Both the position numbers and the translations under genes were made by a program. 64,000 nucleotides of DNA from contig OX597824.1 in the NCBI GenBank assembly GCA_951406725.2, positions 41,664,001 through 41,728,000 on the forward strand, read 5' to 3'. Below are positions 1 to 13,938 of the stretch, piece after piece (position 1 is the first letter of the stretch; every line of letters starts with the position of its first letter). The notes below the pieces were generated by a model. The model was not told the DNA's origin and did not search any database. It saw only the letters and a program-made list of their open reading frames with translations. The stretch comes from Octopus vulgaris (taxonomy: Eukaryota).

Positions 1-359
1 ATCTACCTGTAACACTGTGCCACTATCAATATAGAACACACACAAACACACACACACAAACACAGACACACACACACACACAAACACACACACATACACA
101 CACAAACACACACACACATCATTCATTCACACACTCACCTCATTCACTCACACATACGCCTCTCCCTTTCTCTGGAAAAAGTTAACAGAGATAACTGAAA
201 AGAATGTGTGTGTGTGTGTGTGTGTGTTTTATGTGTGTATATATACATATATGCACACACACACATATGCGTGTATATATATATACATATATATATGTAT
301 ATATATATATATACATACATACATACATATATATACACATGTATTTATATATATATATA

Positions 360-411
<52 letters not shown>
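1..411. repeat. Compound (CA)n/(TG)n/(TA)n microsatellite, representative of dozens of such tracts in the window
   Basis: Direct dinucleotide runs; these produce the YIYI/THTH/CVCV ORFs. Confidence 0.98.
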
Positions 412-413
<2 letters not shown>

Positions 414-1097
414 GGAAAGAGAGAGAAAAGTGGGAAGAAAGAAAGAGAAAAAGGGACAGGGATAACAATACAGTTTAGCACTGCGTACCGCTATGTTAGC
501 ATAAGAAATTGAAAAGCTTCAATGAAAGTCCATTGTGCGGCGTTGAAATGAAAGCAAAGAGTATAGATAGAACTTTGGGTGTGTCTGTGGGCGGTGAATC
601 TGCTTAGGGGCATGTACTTATGTGCAAGTGTGCAGGTGCGTAGTAATTGATATATGTACGTATATGTGTCGTCCTGTATATAAAAATACTTGCGTATATG
701 TGTGTTGTTGGTTGTACGGATGTGAAGTAATCTATGTGAGTGACTTAAGATTATAAATATAGGTGTGTCTGATTACACGTACCAGTACACAAATTCTTAA
801 CAACTTGTGAAGCTGTCCTTTATTTCTAATGTGTTATCTACATGTTTGTGTGAGCTTCTGTATGTGTGTGTGAATTTCTGTCGATATCTGTGTGTGAGGG
901 TTTATATATATATATATATATATATATGACATCTAGTATATGTGTATACAGTCTTCTGTGCGTGTGTTTCTGCATGAGCGCATTCGAGTTCGCGTTTGTA
1001 GGTCTGTCCCTTTTATGTTTTACTAGAAATATTTATAAATGGATGTGATTTTCTAATACGTACATTCATAAGTATACATGGTGTATATGCATGTACA

Positions 1098-1135
<38 letters not shown>

Positions 1136-1344
1136 ATATGTGTATGTGTGTGTGTTCATATACACTTAACGCTGATACAGACACAAGCATCGCAAAAGTA
1201 AATACGCATGACCATTTTTGAAAGATTTATTTCTAGAAACGAAATAATGCCATCTGACGCTTTTAAATAATTAATTTCGTATTCAGTAGATATGTTTTGT
1301 GCAGTTTTATTACACCTACAGCTTTGTACAAAAGTGTTAAGTAT

Positions 1345-1480
1345 GGTAGTGCAGTCAGGAAATTCGTCAAACTGTCGTCCTATATTTGACACTGTCGCAT
1401 AGCACCATGGACATGTATCTTTTACTAAAGTCTCAGATTAACCAATGTCTTGTGAGGGAAATTTGAAATTTGATAGACTG
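1345..1480 (+). mobile_element. Degenerate SINE family A 5' half
   Basis: gcaccatggacatgtatcttttactaaagtctc..accaatgtcttgtgag aligns to family A gcaccttgggcaagtgtcttctactatagcctc..accaaagccttgtgag. Confidence 0.6.
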
Positions 1481-1544
1481 CATCGATACAAATGATCGTT
1501 GCATATCGTGCAAACAATACTTTGTAGAAGTTCTCCTTGTACGA

Positions 1545-1775
1545 ATACGTGGTGTTGGGCTCATGATCGTAAGATTGTGGTTTCGATTCTTGGACCAGGC
1601 GACGCGTTGTGTTCTTGAGCAAAACACTTCATTCCACGTTGCTCCAGTTCACTCAGCTGGCACAAATGAGCAACCCTGGGACAGACCGGCGTCCCATCCA
1701 GGCGGGGAGTATATACGCCATGAAAATAGGGATACCAACCCTTAAGAGTTGGTATGACACGAGAAGGTAACTTTT
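1545..1775 (+). mobile_element. tRNA-headed SINE (family E)
   Basis: B-box-like ggtttcgattc followed by gtgttcttgagcaaaacactt..ttgctccagttcactcagctg; related copies at 26745-26992 (-) and ~50460-50575 (-). Confidence 0.8.
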
Positions 1776-2337
1776 ACCTTGTACGAATGAAATCTCTTTA
1801 CGCTGAAGGCTTTGCAATTAAATAAGACAAGATGGATGAAAACACAATCAGTACATTGTTTAATACAAAATAATGCACATTACTATAATCAGCTAAGACA
1901 CTTGAATGCAAGTGTCCAAGCATGGACGCACATTAAAGACAAAAAGCGAGAAGAAAATAAGAGAAAAAAATCCAACGAGACCATTGACGGCCTACGTCGG
2001 CAATGTATATTTAGTTTAGTATAGCTTATATCATTCTACGTATGCCGTTGGGAGATGACCGATGCAGTGTTGCTCTGAAAGGTCAGAAAAAGTCTTCTCC
2101 CAGCAGCATACAAACTCAAAATTGTTTACCCTTAACAGGCACACGCACACGTGTGCGTCTACACACATGTAGACACACATATACATATAAACACATACAT
2201 ACACACACGTAGGGCGTTAAAATTGTAGTGATTTTTGGTCGATGATTGATGAAGGGGGAACATGTCCACGTCCTTTGTGTATTTTTTCTTGTTTTCCGTA
2301 TGGTCATTCGTCGTCTTTCCGCGCAATATTTTACCAT

Positions 2338-2415
<78 letters not shown>

Positions 2416-2554
2416 TGTATATATATACATATATTCATAAATAAATATAAGAGAATGGTCACTATATGTATATATGTATATATATACATATATATATAAA
2501 ATCTGTGTATATATATATACATATGTATATGTATGTATATATGCAATATTTTAC

Positions 2555-2621
<67 letters not shown>

Positions 2622-2728
2622 TATACATGTATATATGCAATATTTTACAATTATATATGTATATATATATATATACATATATATACATGTATATATGTAT
2701 ATATATATAATATATATATGTAGATATA

Positions 2729-2770
<42 letters not shown>

Positions 2771-2821
2771 AATATATGTGTATATATATATGTATATGTA
2801 TGTATATACTTTTTTATCTAA

Positions 2822-3467
2822 GGGGAGGCAATGCGAGCAACAACCACATGAACATTACAAAATTCAAAGATAGACCAAACACATACAAATCTTATATACT
2901 AATTTATATCTAAACAGTCCGACATTTTGAAAATTTTAAAAATTCAGTAATATATAAGTATCATATACACATAAAAATATAAATATAAATATAAATTTTA
3001 CATATAACACGCTTAAAACTGTTAGAATAAGAGAAATAAATATAATGATAATAAAATAAAAATATGGCATATCAAAAGACGAATAAAATTCCGGCGAATA
3101 GTACATAGAATATAATACATATACAAGCTTACAAAAATATATAAGATATACAGAAGTCCATCTACGGGCCGTTTCGGGGATGTGCCAATTAATATTAGAC
3201 CTATCAGTCCTAAAAATAGTACTTAAAATTGGTACTCCCCTCATCAGGATGTCCTATACAACACATATAAAACATGAACAAATACTCAAATGCCGTGTTC
3301 TGAGAATGGCCGGTATGTGATTGTGTATTTGTGTATTTGTTCATGTTTTTTATGTGTTGTATAGGACATCCTGATGAGGAGAGTACCAGTTTTAAGTACT
3401 ATTTTAAGGACTGATATGTCTAATATTAATTGGCACATCCCCGAAACGGCCCGTAGATGGACTTCTG
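2822..3467 (-). mobile_element. Penelope-type pseudo-LTR remnant with an inverted partial copy (arms 3151-3291 / 3327-3467)
   Basis: 141-bp inverted arms each containing a hammerhead core; element end abuts (TA)n. Confidence 0.7.
3367..3459 (+). ncRNA. Type I hammerhead ribozyme with long stem-II insert (mirror copy at 3159-3251, minus strand)
   Basis: CATC-CTGATGA-[65 nt; GGGGA/TCCCC closing stem in the minus copy]-GAAA-CGGCCC-GTA-GATG; stem I CATC/GATG, cleavage triplet GUA. Confidence 0.7.
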
Positions 3468-3469
3468 AG

Positions 3470-4145
3470 ATAGCCATTATAGCCACTAACAGAATTAAGT
3501 TATCAACAGGAATGTTTCAGAGTGACAACTTATCTGTGATGCTTTTCGTCCTAGATGTGAATCCGTTGTCAGCCTTGCTAAAGAAGTACAAAAGCTATAT
3601 GAATGGCTCTGGTGATGAAAGAAAGATTAATTTCAACCACACCTTTTTCTTTTTGTTGATTACATTAAGCTGTACTCAAGTAATATCCATGACACCGAGA
3701 AGCAGTCATATCTTGTCACAACATTATCACGGGGCACAGGAATAAAGTTTAGTCAGCACAAGAGTTCAGATCTGTTAGTCAAACAAGGAAATGTTGTTCA
3801 CCTGCTAAGGTATATGGATAACAATAATTTGTCTATCTCCCGCGTCACCAATGATAAATGTTACAAATACCTTGGAACTGACGAGAAAACTGCATATGTT
3901 GGTGCTATAAGAAAAATATAGAAGAAAGATGACATCTATAGAACATCGATAAAGAGTTTGCAGATCCAGTGCCCAAGATACACTTTTAGCGTCATACTTG
4001 GAGCAATAGGATATGTACCAACCTACCCAGAGTAAAGTATGGGCTGAACTTGGGATCTAGGGGAGAGAAAGCAAATCTTTAATTCATAAACTACAAACGA
4101 TTACGATATCTGGTATAACAACAATCAGCAAGACCTTCTTAAGAT
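3470..4145 (+). pseudogene. Degenerate R4/Dong-like non-LTR retrotransposon RT fragments
   Basis: GMFQSDNLSVMLFVLDVNPLS resembles GIFQGDSLS.LLFVL..NPLS; later HxFF(V)D.IKLY, YKYLG and ILGAIG motifs across frameshifts. Confidence 0.7.
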
Positions 4146-4329
4146 GGTTTTCTTCACAACCTCGCTACCAACTCTAAATTAAAAAGAGAAAGCGAACATT
4201 CATATATGCATGCAAATACACACTCACACACGCACATACGTACATACACACAAATTTATACATGCATACAAACATACATATATGTACATGTATATATGAA
4301 TAAATGCATACGGAATGAAAGAACACTTT

Positions 4330-5191
4330 AGAACTGCCAAATAATGTCTGGTTAACAGTCTGAACAGAAGGAACAAATTCTGTGTAGATAATTCCTTTCG
4401 CATCGATGAAAAAATTCTTGACAATGGACTTCACTTGACTCACATTTTGGGGGCGTGGGGATATTGAATACTTCCTTTGACTTAATTGCTGCTTCGTTTC
4501 CGGGTCGTAGCCGTAGCAGCAGCAGCTTTCGTCACCAGTGATGACCTTTGAAAAAGGTTCCGGATCAACTTCCCACTGTTCTTTCAGTTCACGACAAGCG
4601 TTTAGTCGGGATTGCTTCTGATTTTCTGTGAGCAAGCGAGGCACAAATGTTGCTGCAGCCCTTTTCATTCGCAATCCCTCGTACAAAATTCGTTGGCTGG
4701 AGCTCCAGGACGCACCAGTCATACGAACAAGTTCATCAATTGTTCGGCAAAATCAGTTCATGAATTTTCATGATGTTTTCATTTGTTCGGGAGGTCGACG
4801 GTCGCCCTGAAAGAAATTGACCCTCAAGCAACAAATAACCATTCCTTAAATGTGAAAACTACTCGAAAACTTGTGTTTTGCTTATGGCATCATCCTTGTA
4901 AGGTGTTTGAAATATGACAACTGTTTCGACCTCCGTTTTCCCTTGCAGAAAACAGAATTTCAATTATGCACGCTGTTCCTTTGTTTCTGCCATCGCAAAA
5001 ATCGACGATCAAAAGAGAAGCCCTGCAAAACAATGACGCACCATGTGTGGCAGTACGACTACCCCGGAAGACCCCGGTCAGCAGACTGATGCTTGAGGAT
5101 CGCATCAAGTGGCTTCTATCAGTAGAGGTCTGAACTACGACTGGTTTGCCTCACAGAGAACGTTTACAATTACTTTTGGGTACCCACACGC
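4330..5191 (-). mobile_element. Mariner (Tc1/mariner) transposase remnant
   Basis: ORF 4174-4722: FVPRLLTENQKQSRL..C..VITGDES..YGYDPETKQQ..FFIDAKGIIYTEFVP..TVN; TIR-like ttacttttgggtaccc near 5175. Confidence 0.9.
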
Positions 5192-5434
5192 ATATTTATA
5201 TGTGTGTGTTTAAATATATTGTGGAAGGACCTTTTTCAACAACTTAAGTGCACACAAAATCTGTTATATTACTGTTCATATATAATTGATGCTCTTGAAG
5301 TGTCAGCATTTCCGACGAATTTTGAAGGCTTCGCCACTTGATAGTGATTCTACTGCAGTGTAAATACCATCAGGATCCATAGACGGTCTCAGATCAAGTT
5401 CTAAACAAGTCGCATGATATGTATATATCAATGT

Positions 5435-5502
<68 letters not shown>

Positions 5503-5619
5503 ACACACGCACACTCATACACACACTTGCGCACGCACACGCGATAATACACACATGCATATATATGTGATTGTGTATATATTTATGCATATATGTATAA
5601 ATACATACACATACACACA

Positions 5620-6690
5620 CACAGATATAAATCCGGAACCCTCCCTTTACTCGACTTCCCACTCAAGATCACAGATGAAGGCTCCATATTTACCAAATTC
5701 TATAGAAAACCCACTAATAGAACACTTTTCGTCCACTACCAATCAGCCTTACCCACCAGAGCCAAAGCCACATACGTAAGAAACGAGATTGCACGTATAA
5801 ACCACAATTGCAGCAACGTAACCGATAAAGCCGTTAACACCAAACAGTTCCTCGGAGAACTGACCCTGAATGGCTACCCACCATCTTTAGTTAAACAATG
5901 GTGCCTGAAAAACATCAAGGTCAATAATCCCCGGAAAAACCATCATACTCCCAAGTCCGGTACGGGCCTCTTAAAGCTACCACACTTTGGCGTCAGAACT
6001 ACTGCAGCGATACAACACAGTCCACAGGGAAGGACAAAACATACAGATAGTGTGCACCGGCCCTTCTCTGAGAAAAGGTTTGCCCAAGAACAGCATCTCT
6101 CAATACTCCGAGGAGTGCACATTATCGAACTGCCGCATCAATGACCCTGAATTGTGCCAGATGATCTATGTTGAATATGAGATCATCTGTGACAAATGTG
6201 ACGCATCCTACATCGGAAGCACGACGAGAAAACTGCATATATGCATAATGGAGCACATGCAGGCAGACACTTTCGTGAAGAAACATCTACGGAAATGCCA
6301 GCCCCGGGAATTGAAAGTGCACATCAAGACAACACAGCTGAACAGGAGCAACCTTAGAATTTCCGAAGCCATCCTCATACAGCAAAAGAAACCTAAGATC
6401 AACAATGGAAGAGAGTTACAGGAAGCTAGCTGGTTGCTATAGCAACACCCTTCTGCGCATGTCCACTCCACACACGCTCATACACTCTCACACACACGCA
6501 CATCGGCAGCATTCGTCAATTTCTTGAAAATGGAATCTTAACCCCGAAATATTGAATACAAGGTAAGCCTACATTTATTAACATTTGTCTTCTTGTGATT
6601 TACCTTACATTTCCTTCGCATAGTTCTGGCCTTACCCACGATCCTTTATACAATATATCCTCCACAATGCTTCATATTAATTATTCCATA
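5620..6690 (+). mobile_element. 5'-truncated Penelope-like element: RT thumb plus GIY-YIG endonuclease (frameshifted) and 3' pseudo-LTR
   Basis: LPLLD..TKFYRKPTN..FVHYQSALP; VEYEIICDKCDASYIGSTTRKLH..EH..LRISEAILIQQKKPKIN; followed by cttgaaaatgg..ccgaaatattg, a variant hammerhead-like core. Confidence 0.92.
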
Positions 6691-6769
6691 TATATATATA
6701 TATATTTATACTATACACCCCTCCACATACACACGCAAACACACATATGTCTCTGGGTGTGTGTGTGTA

Positions 6770-7025
6770 AGGCCGCATGGCTTAGTGGTTAGAGTGTTGC
6801 TCTCACGACTGCGAGATCGTGGTTTCAAATCCTACACCGCATGACGCGTCGTGATCTTGAGCAAAACGCCTTCATCTCACTTTGCTTTGCGATCACCTCG
6901 ATATCTGACACGTGATATACCGTGTACATGTTCAGGCAACATCGATTTGATCGCTATAAAAAAATCATTTGTGGAGGATGTTCGGCAAAAGATGAACACT
7001 CGTACGTCATCTTCGACAGGAGAGT
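6770..7025 (+). mobile_element. tRNA-headed SINE (C/E-like head)
   Basis: A box tggcttagtgg, B box ggtttcaaatcc, then gtgatcttgagcaaaac. Confidence 0.75.
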
Positions 7026-7027
7026 CC

Positions 7028-7061
<34 letters not shown>

Positions 7062-7062
7062 G

Positions 7063-7118
<56 letters not shown>

Positions 7119-7322
7119 CATATATATGAATACACTGGCACAGTTCTAGGGAAACTAGTCGCAAACTTACGTCAGCAAATTTTTGTTAGTAACTCAGAGG
7201 TTTTATCTTGATATACCTTTGGGATTCGAATTTTCCGGTTGATGTAGTGTTGGGCGGAAACACCTGGAAATTCTCGTCCCAGCGGTATACGAACTTGATA
7301 TAGTTCAATGTTCGTATATACA

Positions 7323-7389
<67 letters not shown>

Positions 7390-7393
<4 letters not shown>

Positions 7394-7620
7394 AATCCAA
7401 ACGGGAAACAAAAAACAACAACAATGGAACAATTACAGTATTATTATTAATAGGCGCTCAGGAAATGGAAGCAGGGAGGTATGACGTTTCGAGCGGAGCT
7501 CTTCGTCGGAAACATAAAGAAGGAAGAGAGAGGAAAGAAAGATCCCAGAGCGGGCCACGGAGATAGAGAAAAAAACGACTGGTGTTAGGAGTTACACATG
7601 GTGAAAGGCGGATGTTTACG
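7390..7620 (-). mobile_element. Hammerhead-bearing (TA)n-abutting mini-element, copy 1
   Basis: Minus strand GTTT-CCGACGA-A-GAGC-TCC-GCTC-GAAA-CGTC; shared cctgagcgcc..aataata motif. Confidence 0.75.
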
Positions 7621-8115
7621 ATAACAAGAGCAAAGTGGGTTTTTAAAGGCAAAAGAGTGGAGACAAGGTTGGTAACGCAACAGATGTGTGTGTATGTGTG
7701 AGTGTGTGCGTGTGCGTGTGTGTATGTGTGTGTGTGAGGCGAGATAAAAAAACAAAAAATATATGTATGTGTTAGTGTGTGCGTCTGTGTGTAGGCGTGT
7801 GAGGTAGGGCGTGTGTGTAGGTCCGTTTATTCATGTATGTGCATATGTGTATGTGTGTGTGTAATATAAAATGTTGCTGACACTTCAATCTCCTTTGTTT
7901 TTAGGACGTCCTTTGCGCATGAGCTTGTAAAGCTCAGATATATTTCCTAGAACGCAACAATTCCCAATTTAGTAGCATTCTTATCAATATATATATTCAT
8001 ATATTATTCACTCAAATTGAATCAAATCGACTCATTATTTAAACGAATGCACGGTGTGTGCGACTGCTTGTATGCCTGAACAAATGTGGATTGTTGTATA
8101 CATAAGACTAAATCA

Positions 8116-8228
<113 letters not shown>

Positions 8229-8278
8229 GTATGTACATGTATGTATAGATGTATAGTGGTGTGTGTGTATGTCTGTGT

Positions 8279-8573
8279 GGAGGCGCAATGGCCTAGTGGT
8301 TAGGGCAGCGCACTCGCGGTTGTAGGATCGCGGTTTCGATTCTCAGACCGGGCGTTGTGAGTGTTTATTGAGCGAAAACACCTAAAGCTCCACGAAGCTC
8401 CGGCAGGGTGGGTGGCGATCCCTGCTGTACTCTTTCTCTCACTCTTTCTTCTGTTGGCCTGCTCGCTTAGCCATCGGGGTGACGTCATTTGAAGGCTAAA
8501 ACAATGCGGAGTGCATTGTGACCAGCGATTTGTAGCAGCATCTGATAGCCTGGTCGGTCACGTTGATCACGGT

Positions 8574-8578
<5 letters not shown>
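8279..8578 (+). mobile_element. tRNA-headed SINE family C
   Basis: ggaggcgcaatggcctagtggttag..ggtttcgattc..gtttattgagcgaaaacacctaaagctccacg; same family at 12142 (+) and 29078 (-). Confidence 0.88.
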
Positions 8579-8610
<32 letters not shown>

Positions 8611-8801
8611 TCTATATCTATATCTACATCTATATCTGTATATGTATATATATATACATTAATACCTCAATATAGGAGTTAATTTGTCCAAGGAGACCGA
8701 TCGTAAAGCGAAAACTCGTAAATCAGAGCAATAATTTCCCATAGCAGCAATGTTATAAATCGTAATTAGTTCTCAGAAAAATATTTTACTTATAAAGTAT
8801 A

Positions 8802-9203
8802 GACGTAGGAGTGGCTATGTAGTAAGTAGCTTGCTTACGAACCACATGGTTCCGGGTTCAGTCCCACTGCGTGGCACCTTGCGTAAGTGTCTTCTACTAT
8901 AGCCTCGGGCCGACAAAAGTCTTGAGTGGATTTGGTAGACGGAAGCTGAAAGAAGCCCGTCGTATATATGTATATATGTATGTGTGTGAGTATATATTTG
9001 TGTGTCTGTGTTTGTCCCCCCCAACATTGCTTGACAACCGATGTTAGTGTGTTTAAGTCCCCGTAACTTAGCGGTTCGGCAAAAGAACCCGATAAAATAA
9101 GTACTAGGCTTAGAAAGAATAAGTTCTGGAGTAGATTTGCTCGACTAAAAGGTGGTGCTCCAGCATGGCGACAGTCAAATGACTGAAACAAGTAAAAGAG
9201 TAA
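8802..9203 (+). mobile_element. SINE family A, full length, with internal (TA/TG) microsatellite
   Basis: Colinear with 58357-58770; ends gactgaaacaagtaaaagagta. Confidence 0.92.
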
Positions 9204-10757
9204 AGTTTATAATACTCGTAAATAAATGACAAAGATCATTTATAATAACAAATATTATTATTACTTTAATCATTTTCTGCCCCACTTTCACTCGCATTAG
9301 ACTTACGCACACTATCACTTGTAGACGTGGTCGCCGATTGACAAGCACTCGTAGACGGACTTGCAGATTTCTTTTTAAAAAACAAGTCTCGAGTTGTTTG
9401 CTTAGAAGAAGCTTTTTTTCGCTCTCTATAATTTTCTCGGTGATACGCAAAAGCATTTGTTATGGTTGTAGAAACTCTTACACTTCATTCAAAATTTGGA
9501 TCTTATGCTTGAAAAATGTATTATCAAATAAAACTCGTAAAATGAGGTATAACTGTACATATACCCCTCAACTTATGTCGGTAATTGGTGCCAAGATATT
9601 GTGACTTAACTCGGAAAATGGCACAGCACACAAACATAAACACACAAAACAAGCTTTAAAATTTATTTGCTTACATCTGTTTTAATAAATACTACGTATA
9701 TAGTTTCATACGCATTTTATTTGTCTTTTCTTTGCCAGTACTGGTTTTTAGGCTTTTGTTTTTTAAAATTTCATGCTTTTAGAAACGTTAGCTGGGACAG
9801 ACATTAAGTCGGATAAATGTACGGAAGATGAGGTTTATTTTTCGTTTTCCATTAATTTCAACAAAAATCAACGTGAAGTCGAAAAAGACGTAACTCAAAA
9901 CGACGTATGTTGAAGTATGCCGGTATACAGATGTCACGTTAGCTTCAAGTCATCATATATTCTGTAGCTAATTCCATTGCCTTTTGAAACCAATTTATTT
10001 TCAATAATGCTGCTAATACAACATATAAATTATGGATGTCACATCACAGCTCTCAATCATCTCTTGGAGTTAATAGATCTTAATAACACTTACATATTTG
10101 ATCAAACCTTTGATTTTGAAAGGTCAAATATCTGACTTTGCTGAACTGGTGTCTCTGGAAAATATATATCAATCTTTTTTTATGGACAAATATTGATGTC
10201 TAACTTTGGCACAAAGCCACACAGATTTTTGTCAGAAGACACAATCGATAAAATTGGCTGCAGTACTTAACTGGCATTTATTTTACTGTCATCAACCCCC
10301 ACGCAGCCAAGAAAGGAAGAAATGCTAAATGGCCTATCGATTTTAACACGCAATGCCTTTTATATTAAGAGAACGCATTTATTTTGTATGTTAATATACA
10401 TAAATTTATGCGTGAACGAATACACTCACACGTGTATGGGAGAGAGTCTGTTTTTGTTTGTGTATATATGTATGTATCTGTACACACACACACAAACACA
10501 TGCACACACAAACACACACAAACGCATATATAATTATTTACAAAGCTACCGCTGTAGTGTTGAAGGAATATAAAATAGAAATAAGATCATAATGAAAGAC
10601 TGATATGTTTTCCCTTAAAACTTATTGAAGTTTAAAAAATCAATCCTTATGTATATTTTTTTATTGCCTCCTATTCACCACAGTTCTTCTCTGACTGGCG
10701 TTTTGGATTCAAAGTTTTTACACTTTGTGCAGTGCTGTAACCAATCAACAGGGCCGA

Positions 10758-10852
<95 letters not shown>

Positions 10853-10906
10853 ATTAATGTATTCGTGTGTGTACGTGCGTGCGTGCGTGTGTGTGTGTGT
10901 GCGCGC

Positions 10907-10944
<38 letters not shown>

Positions 10945-11242
10945 ATGCGATGATTTGATAAGCGGTGCCGAGTTACAATTCTGTAAATAATATATTATAA
11001 GCTTTAAGCTTATACGCGACCACCGTGTATTGACTGAAGAAAAGAGTCTAATTTGGGGAGCATATAAGCCTTCGGCAGAAAAAAGAGAAACCTACAGTTT
11101 TCCGTCGAGGGCTTATGTGCCCCAATATTAAACTGGTTTCTTTAGTCAATACACGACGATCGCTTATAAGCTTGGAGCTTATAACATAGACACACACACA
11201 CACACACGCGCACGCGCGCGCGCGCACATATATATACATATG

Positions 11243-11505
<263 letters not shown>

Positions 11506-11697
11506 CATTTTCTCCATTTTCTTATTTTGTATTATTAATTTGTGGTAAAACATTTTACCTTTGGCCATATAATACAGTAAATGAATTAATTGCATCGCAA
11601 TTCTTAACATTTATGTATTAACTTTGTTGGGTACTTCACTAGCAGTATATTGGACATACGTTATCCCATAGAGGGTTGCATTTACAACCCCTATCTC

Positions 11698-11743
<46 letters not shown>

Positions 11744-11745
<2 letters not shown>

Positions 11746-11945
11746 CGGGAAGCTTTATGAAAATAGACAAAAGACGAAGGCAGGTGGGAAACAAACAAAC
11801 AATTGTATTAGTATGGCGCTCAGGAAATATAAATAAAACAAGTCTTTAACGTTTCGAGCCTACGCTCTTCAACAGAAAGATACACAGAGAGAAAAAAAAC
11901 ACAGAAAGAAGGAGAGAAAAAAAATGCGTGCAGTAACTAACGAAT
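11744..11945 (-). mobile_element. Hammerhead-bearing mini-element, variant subfamily, copy 2
   Basis: Minus strand TCTTT-CTGTTGA-A-GAGC-GTAG-GCTC-GAAA-CGTT-AAAGA. Confidence 0.72.
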
Positions 11946-12141
11946 ATGAAATGAATGTAAAAAAGTGGTAATATATGAGAAAATAAAAATACAACAAACG
12001 GGACAGTTTATGCGAACAAGTTCAAGGTTGAAAGTTCGTACATATATATACATATATATATACATATATATATAAATTCATGCATAAATATATGTATGTA
12101 CGTATGTATGGATATATATGTATGTTATTATCCGCTAGAGT

Positions 12142-12510
12142 AGAGGCGCAATGGTCCAGTGATTAGGACAGTGACATCGCGGTCGTTGGCCCGTGGTTAC
12201 GATTACCAGACTATGCGTTTTGTTTATTGAACGAAAACACCTAAAGCTGCACGAGGCTCCGGCAGTGGGGCGTGGTAAACCCTGCTGTACTCTTTCACTA
12301 CAATTTTCTCTCACTCTTTGTTTCTGTTTCTGTCGTACCTGTATTTCAAATGGCCAGCCTTGCCACACTCTGAATCTCCCTGAGAACTACATTAAGGGTA
12401 CACGTGCGTGTGGAGTTCTCAGCCACTTGCACGTTAATTTCACGAGCAGGCTATTCCCTTGATCGAATCAATTGGAACCTTCGTCGTCACAACCGACGGA
12501 GTGCTACGAC
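12142..12510 (+). mobile_element. SINE family C
   Basis: Head aligns to 8279; different 3' region. Confidence 0.85.
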
Positions 12511-12531
12511 GAGTATCCGCTGGTGTTTATA

Positions 12532-12925
12532 TTAGTACGAGTAAAACGCCCCCCATCCCACCGTCCAATGGACGGTGCTGAGTTGTCGAACATTTAAACC
12601 AAATTTTCTCAAAACGACTTGTCCGACCGTCCCATAGGCCAACCCTTTGAGAAACACTGATTTAACCTAAATTTTAGATACCAGCAAAAGAAGAAATAAA
12701 GATAGACATTTTCCTATTCCAAGAAAAACAATTTTATAAATGCACGTTCCCACGGCTTTATCAATTACATTCTCACCTGGGATCAATTTTTGTAATTTTT
12801 TCAAGACTTATACACGCCCTGATACTGTCGGTACCTACATTTCAAATTTCAGCGCAATTGGATGGAGGATGCCCGAGATCCTAGAAGACACAGGCAGACA
12901 GACAGAACGGATTTTATATAACAGA
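12532..12925 (-). mobile_element. Non-autonomous Helitron-like element
   Basis: Minus strand starts TC..TATATAAAA, then (CTGT)n; subterminal hairpin CCGTCC-att-GGACGG near a 3' end ending CTAA (CTRR). Confidence 0.6.
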
Positions 12926-13379
12926 TATTGAAGACTTTGCGAGACACATTTATCATTGTAGATGTTTTACAGACCGCTTTACATGTGCTGTGGAAATACC
13001 GCTCTATCTGCATTAAAGTAGTGATTACTCTGACTTCCATTTCTGTTATGTTATTGTCCGTATGAAGTTATACTGTGCATTTAGCCATTTTTAAAAATGC
13101 GCCATGAAACATTAGAGAAATAATTGGCTGCTACGTTGGGCAGGTTGAGCTACCGCGTAGATGTTTGCCCGTTGGGCAAAAAAAAAAAAATATATTGATA
13201 AGTTCGCGTGCCGTTTGTGAACGTATTGAAGTTACGTAATTGATACTAAATTCAGGATGACTAGCCCGGCATTATAAATGGTTAATGACCCAAGATGAGT
13301 GTTAGGATACAATGACATAAGCATTTGGGTATCACTCCAGCATTCTCTTTTGTATTTTTTCAGATTGAGTCATTAAATC

Positions 13380-13424
<45 letters not shown>

Positions 13425-13621
13425 AGAGAGAGAAAGAGAGAGATACATACATACATAAATATATATACTTACATAATGTATGTATATATGTATATACATA
13501 CGTCTCTCTGTGTGTATGTGTGTGCGTGTGCAGTGTATAAAGTACACAGCTTACTTCAGAATACCCGAAGCATGTATATGTATATATTTAATATGAATAA
13601 ATGTGTATGAATGAATGTGTT

Positions 13622-13655
<34 letters not shown>

Positions 13656-13875
13656 CCTCTCTCTCTATATATATATAAACACACACCCACACTCATATAT
13701 ATATACATACATACATACATAAATACATGCATACATACATATATACATACGTATACAAGCGCTGACACACCTTCACAAAAGATATATATGCATACATATT
13801 ACACATATTCTATTTATAATATATATTTATATCTATATTACATATATATCTGTTATATATAAAATACATATGTAA

Positions 13876-13938
<63 letters not shown>

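Noticed and set aside
1156-1430. Cys-rich minus-strand frame (KDTCPWCYATVSN...) resembling a secreted-protein exon
   Set aside because: It is the antisense reading of a decayed SINE A (VEDTCPRCHAVGLN in other copies)
8279-8352. tRNA-like sequences here and at 6770, 12142 and 58357
   Set aside because: SINE heads continuing into SINE bodies; no clean cloverleaf
9250-10180. Non-microsatellite stretch that may be old DNA-transposon sequence
   Set aside because: No diagnostic motif or second copy recognised
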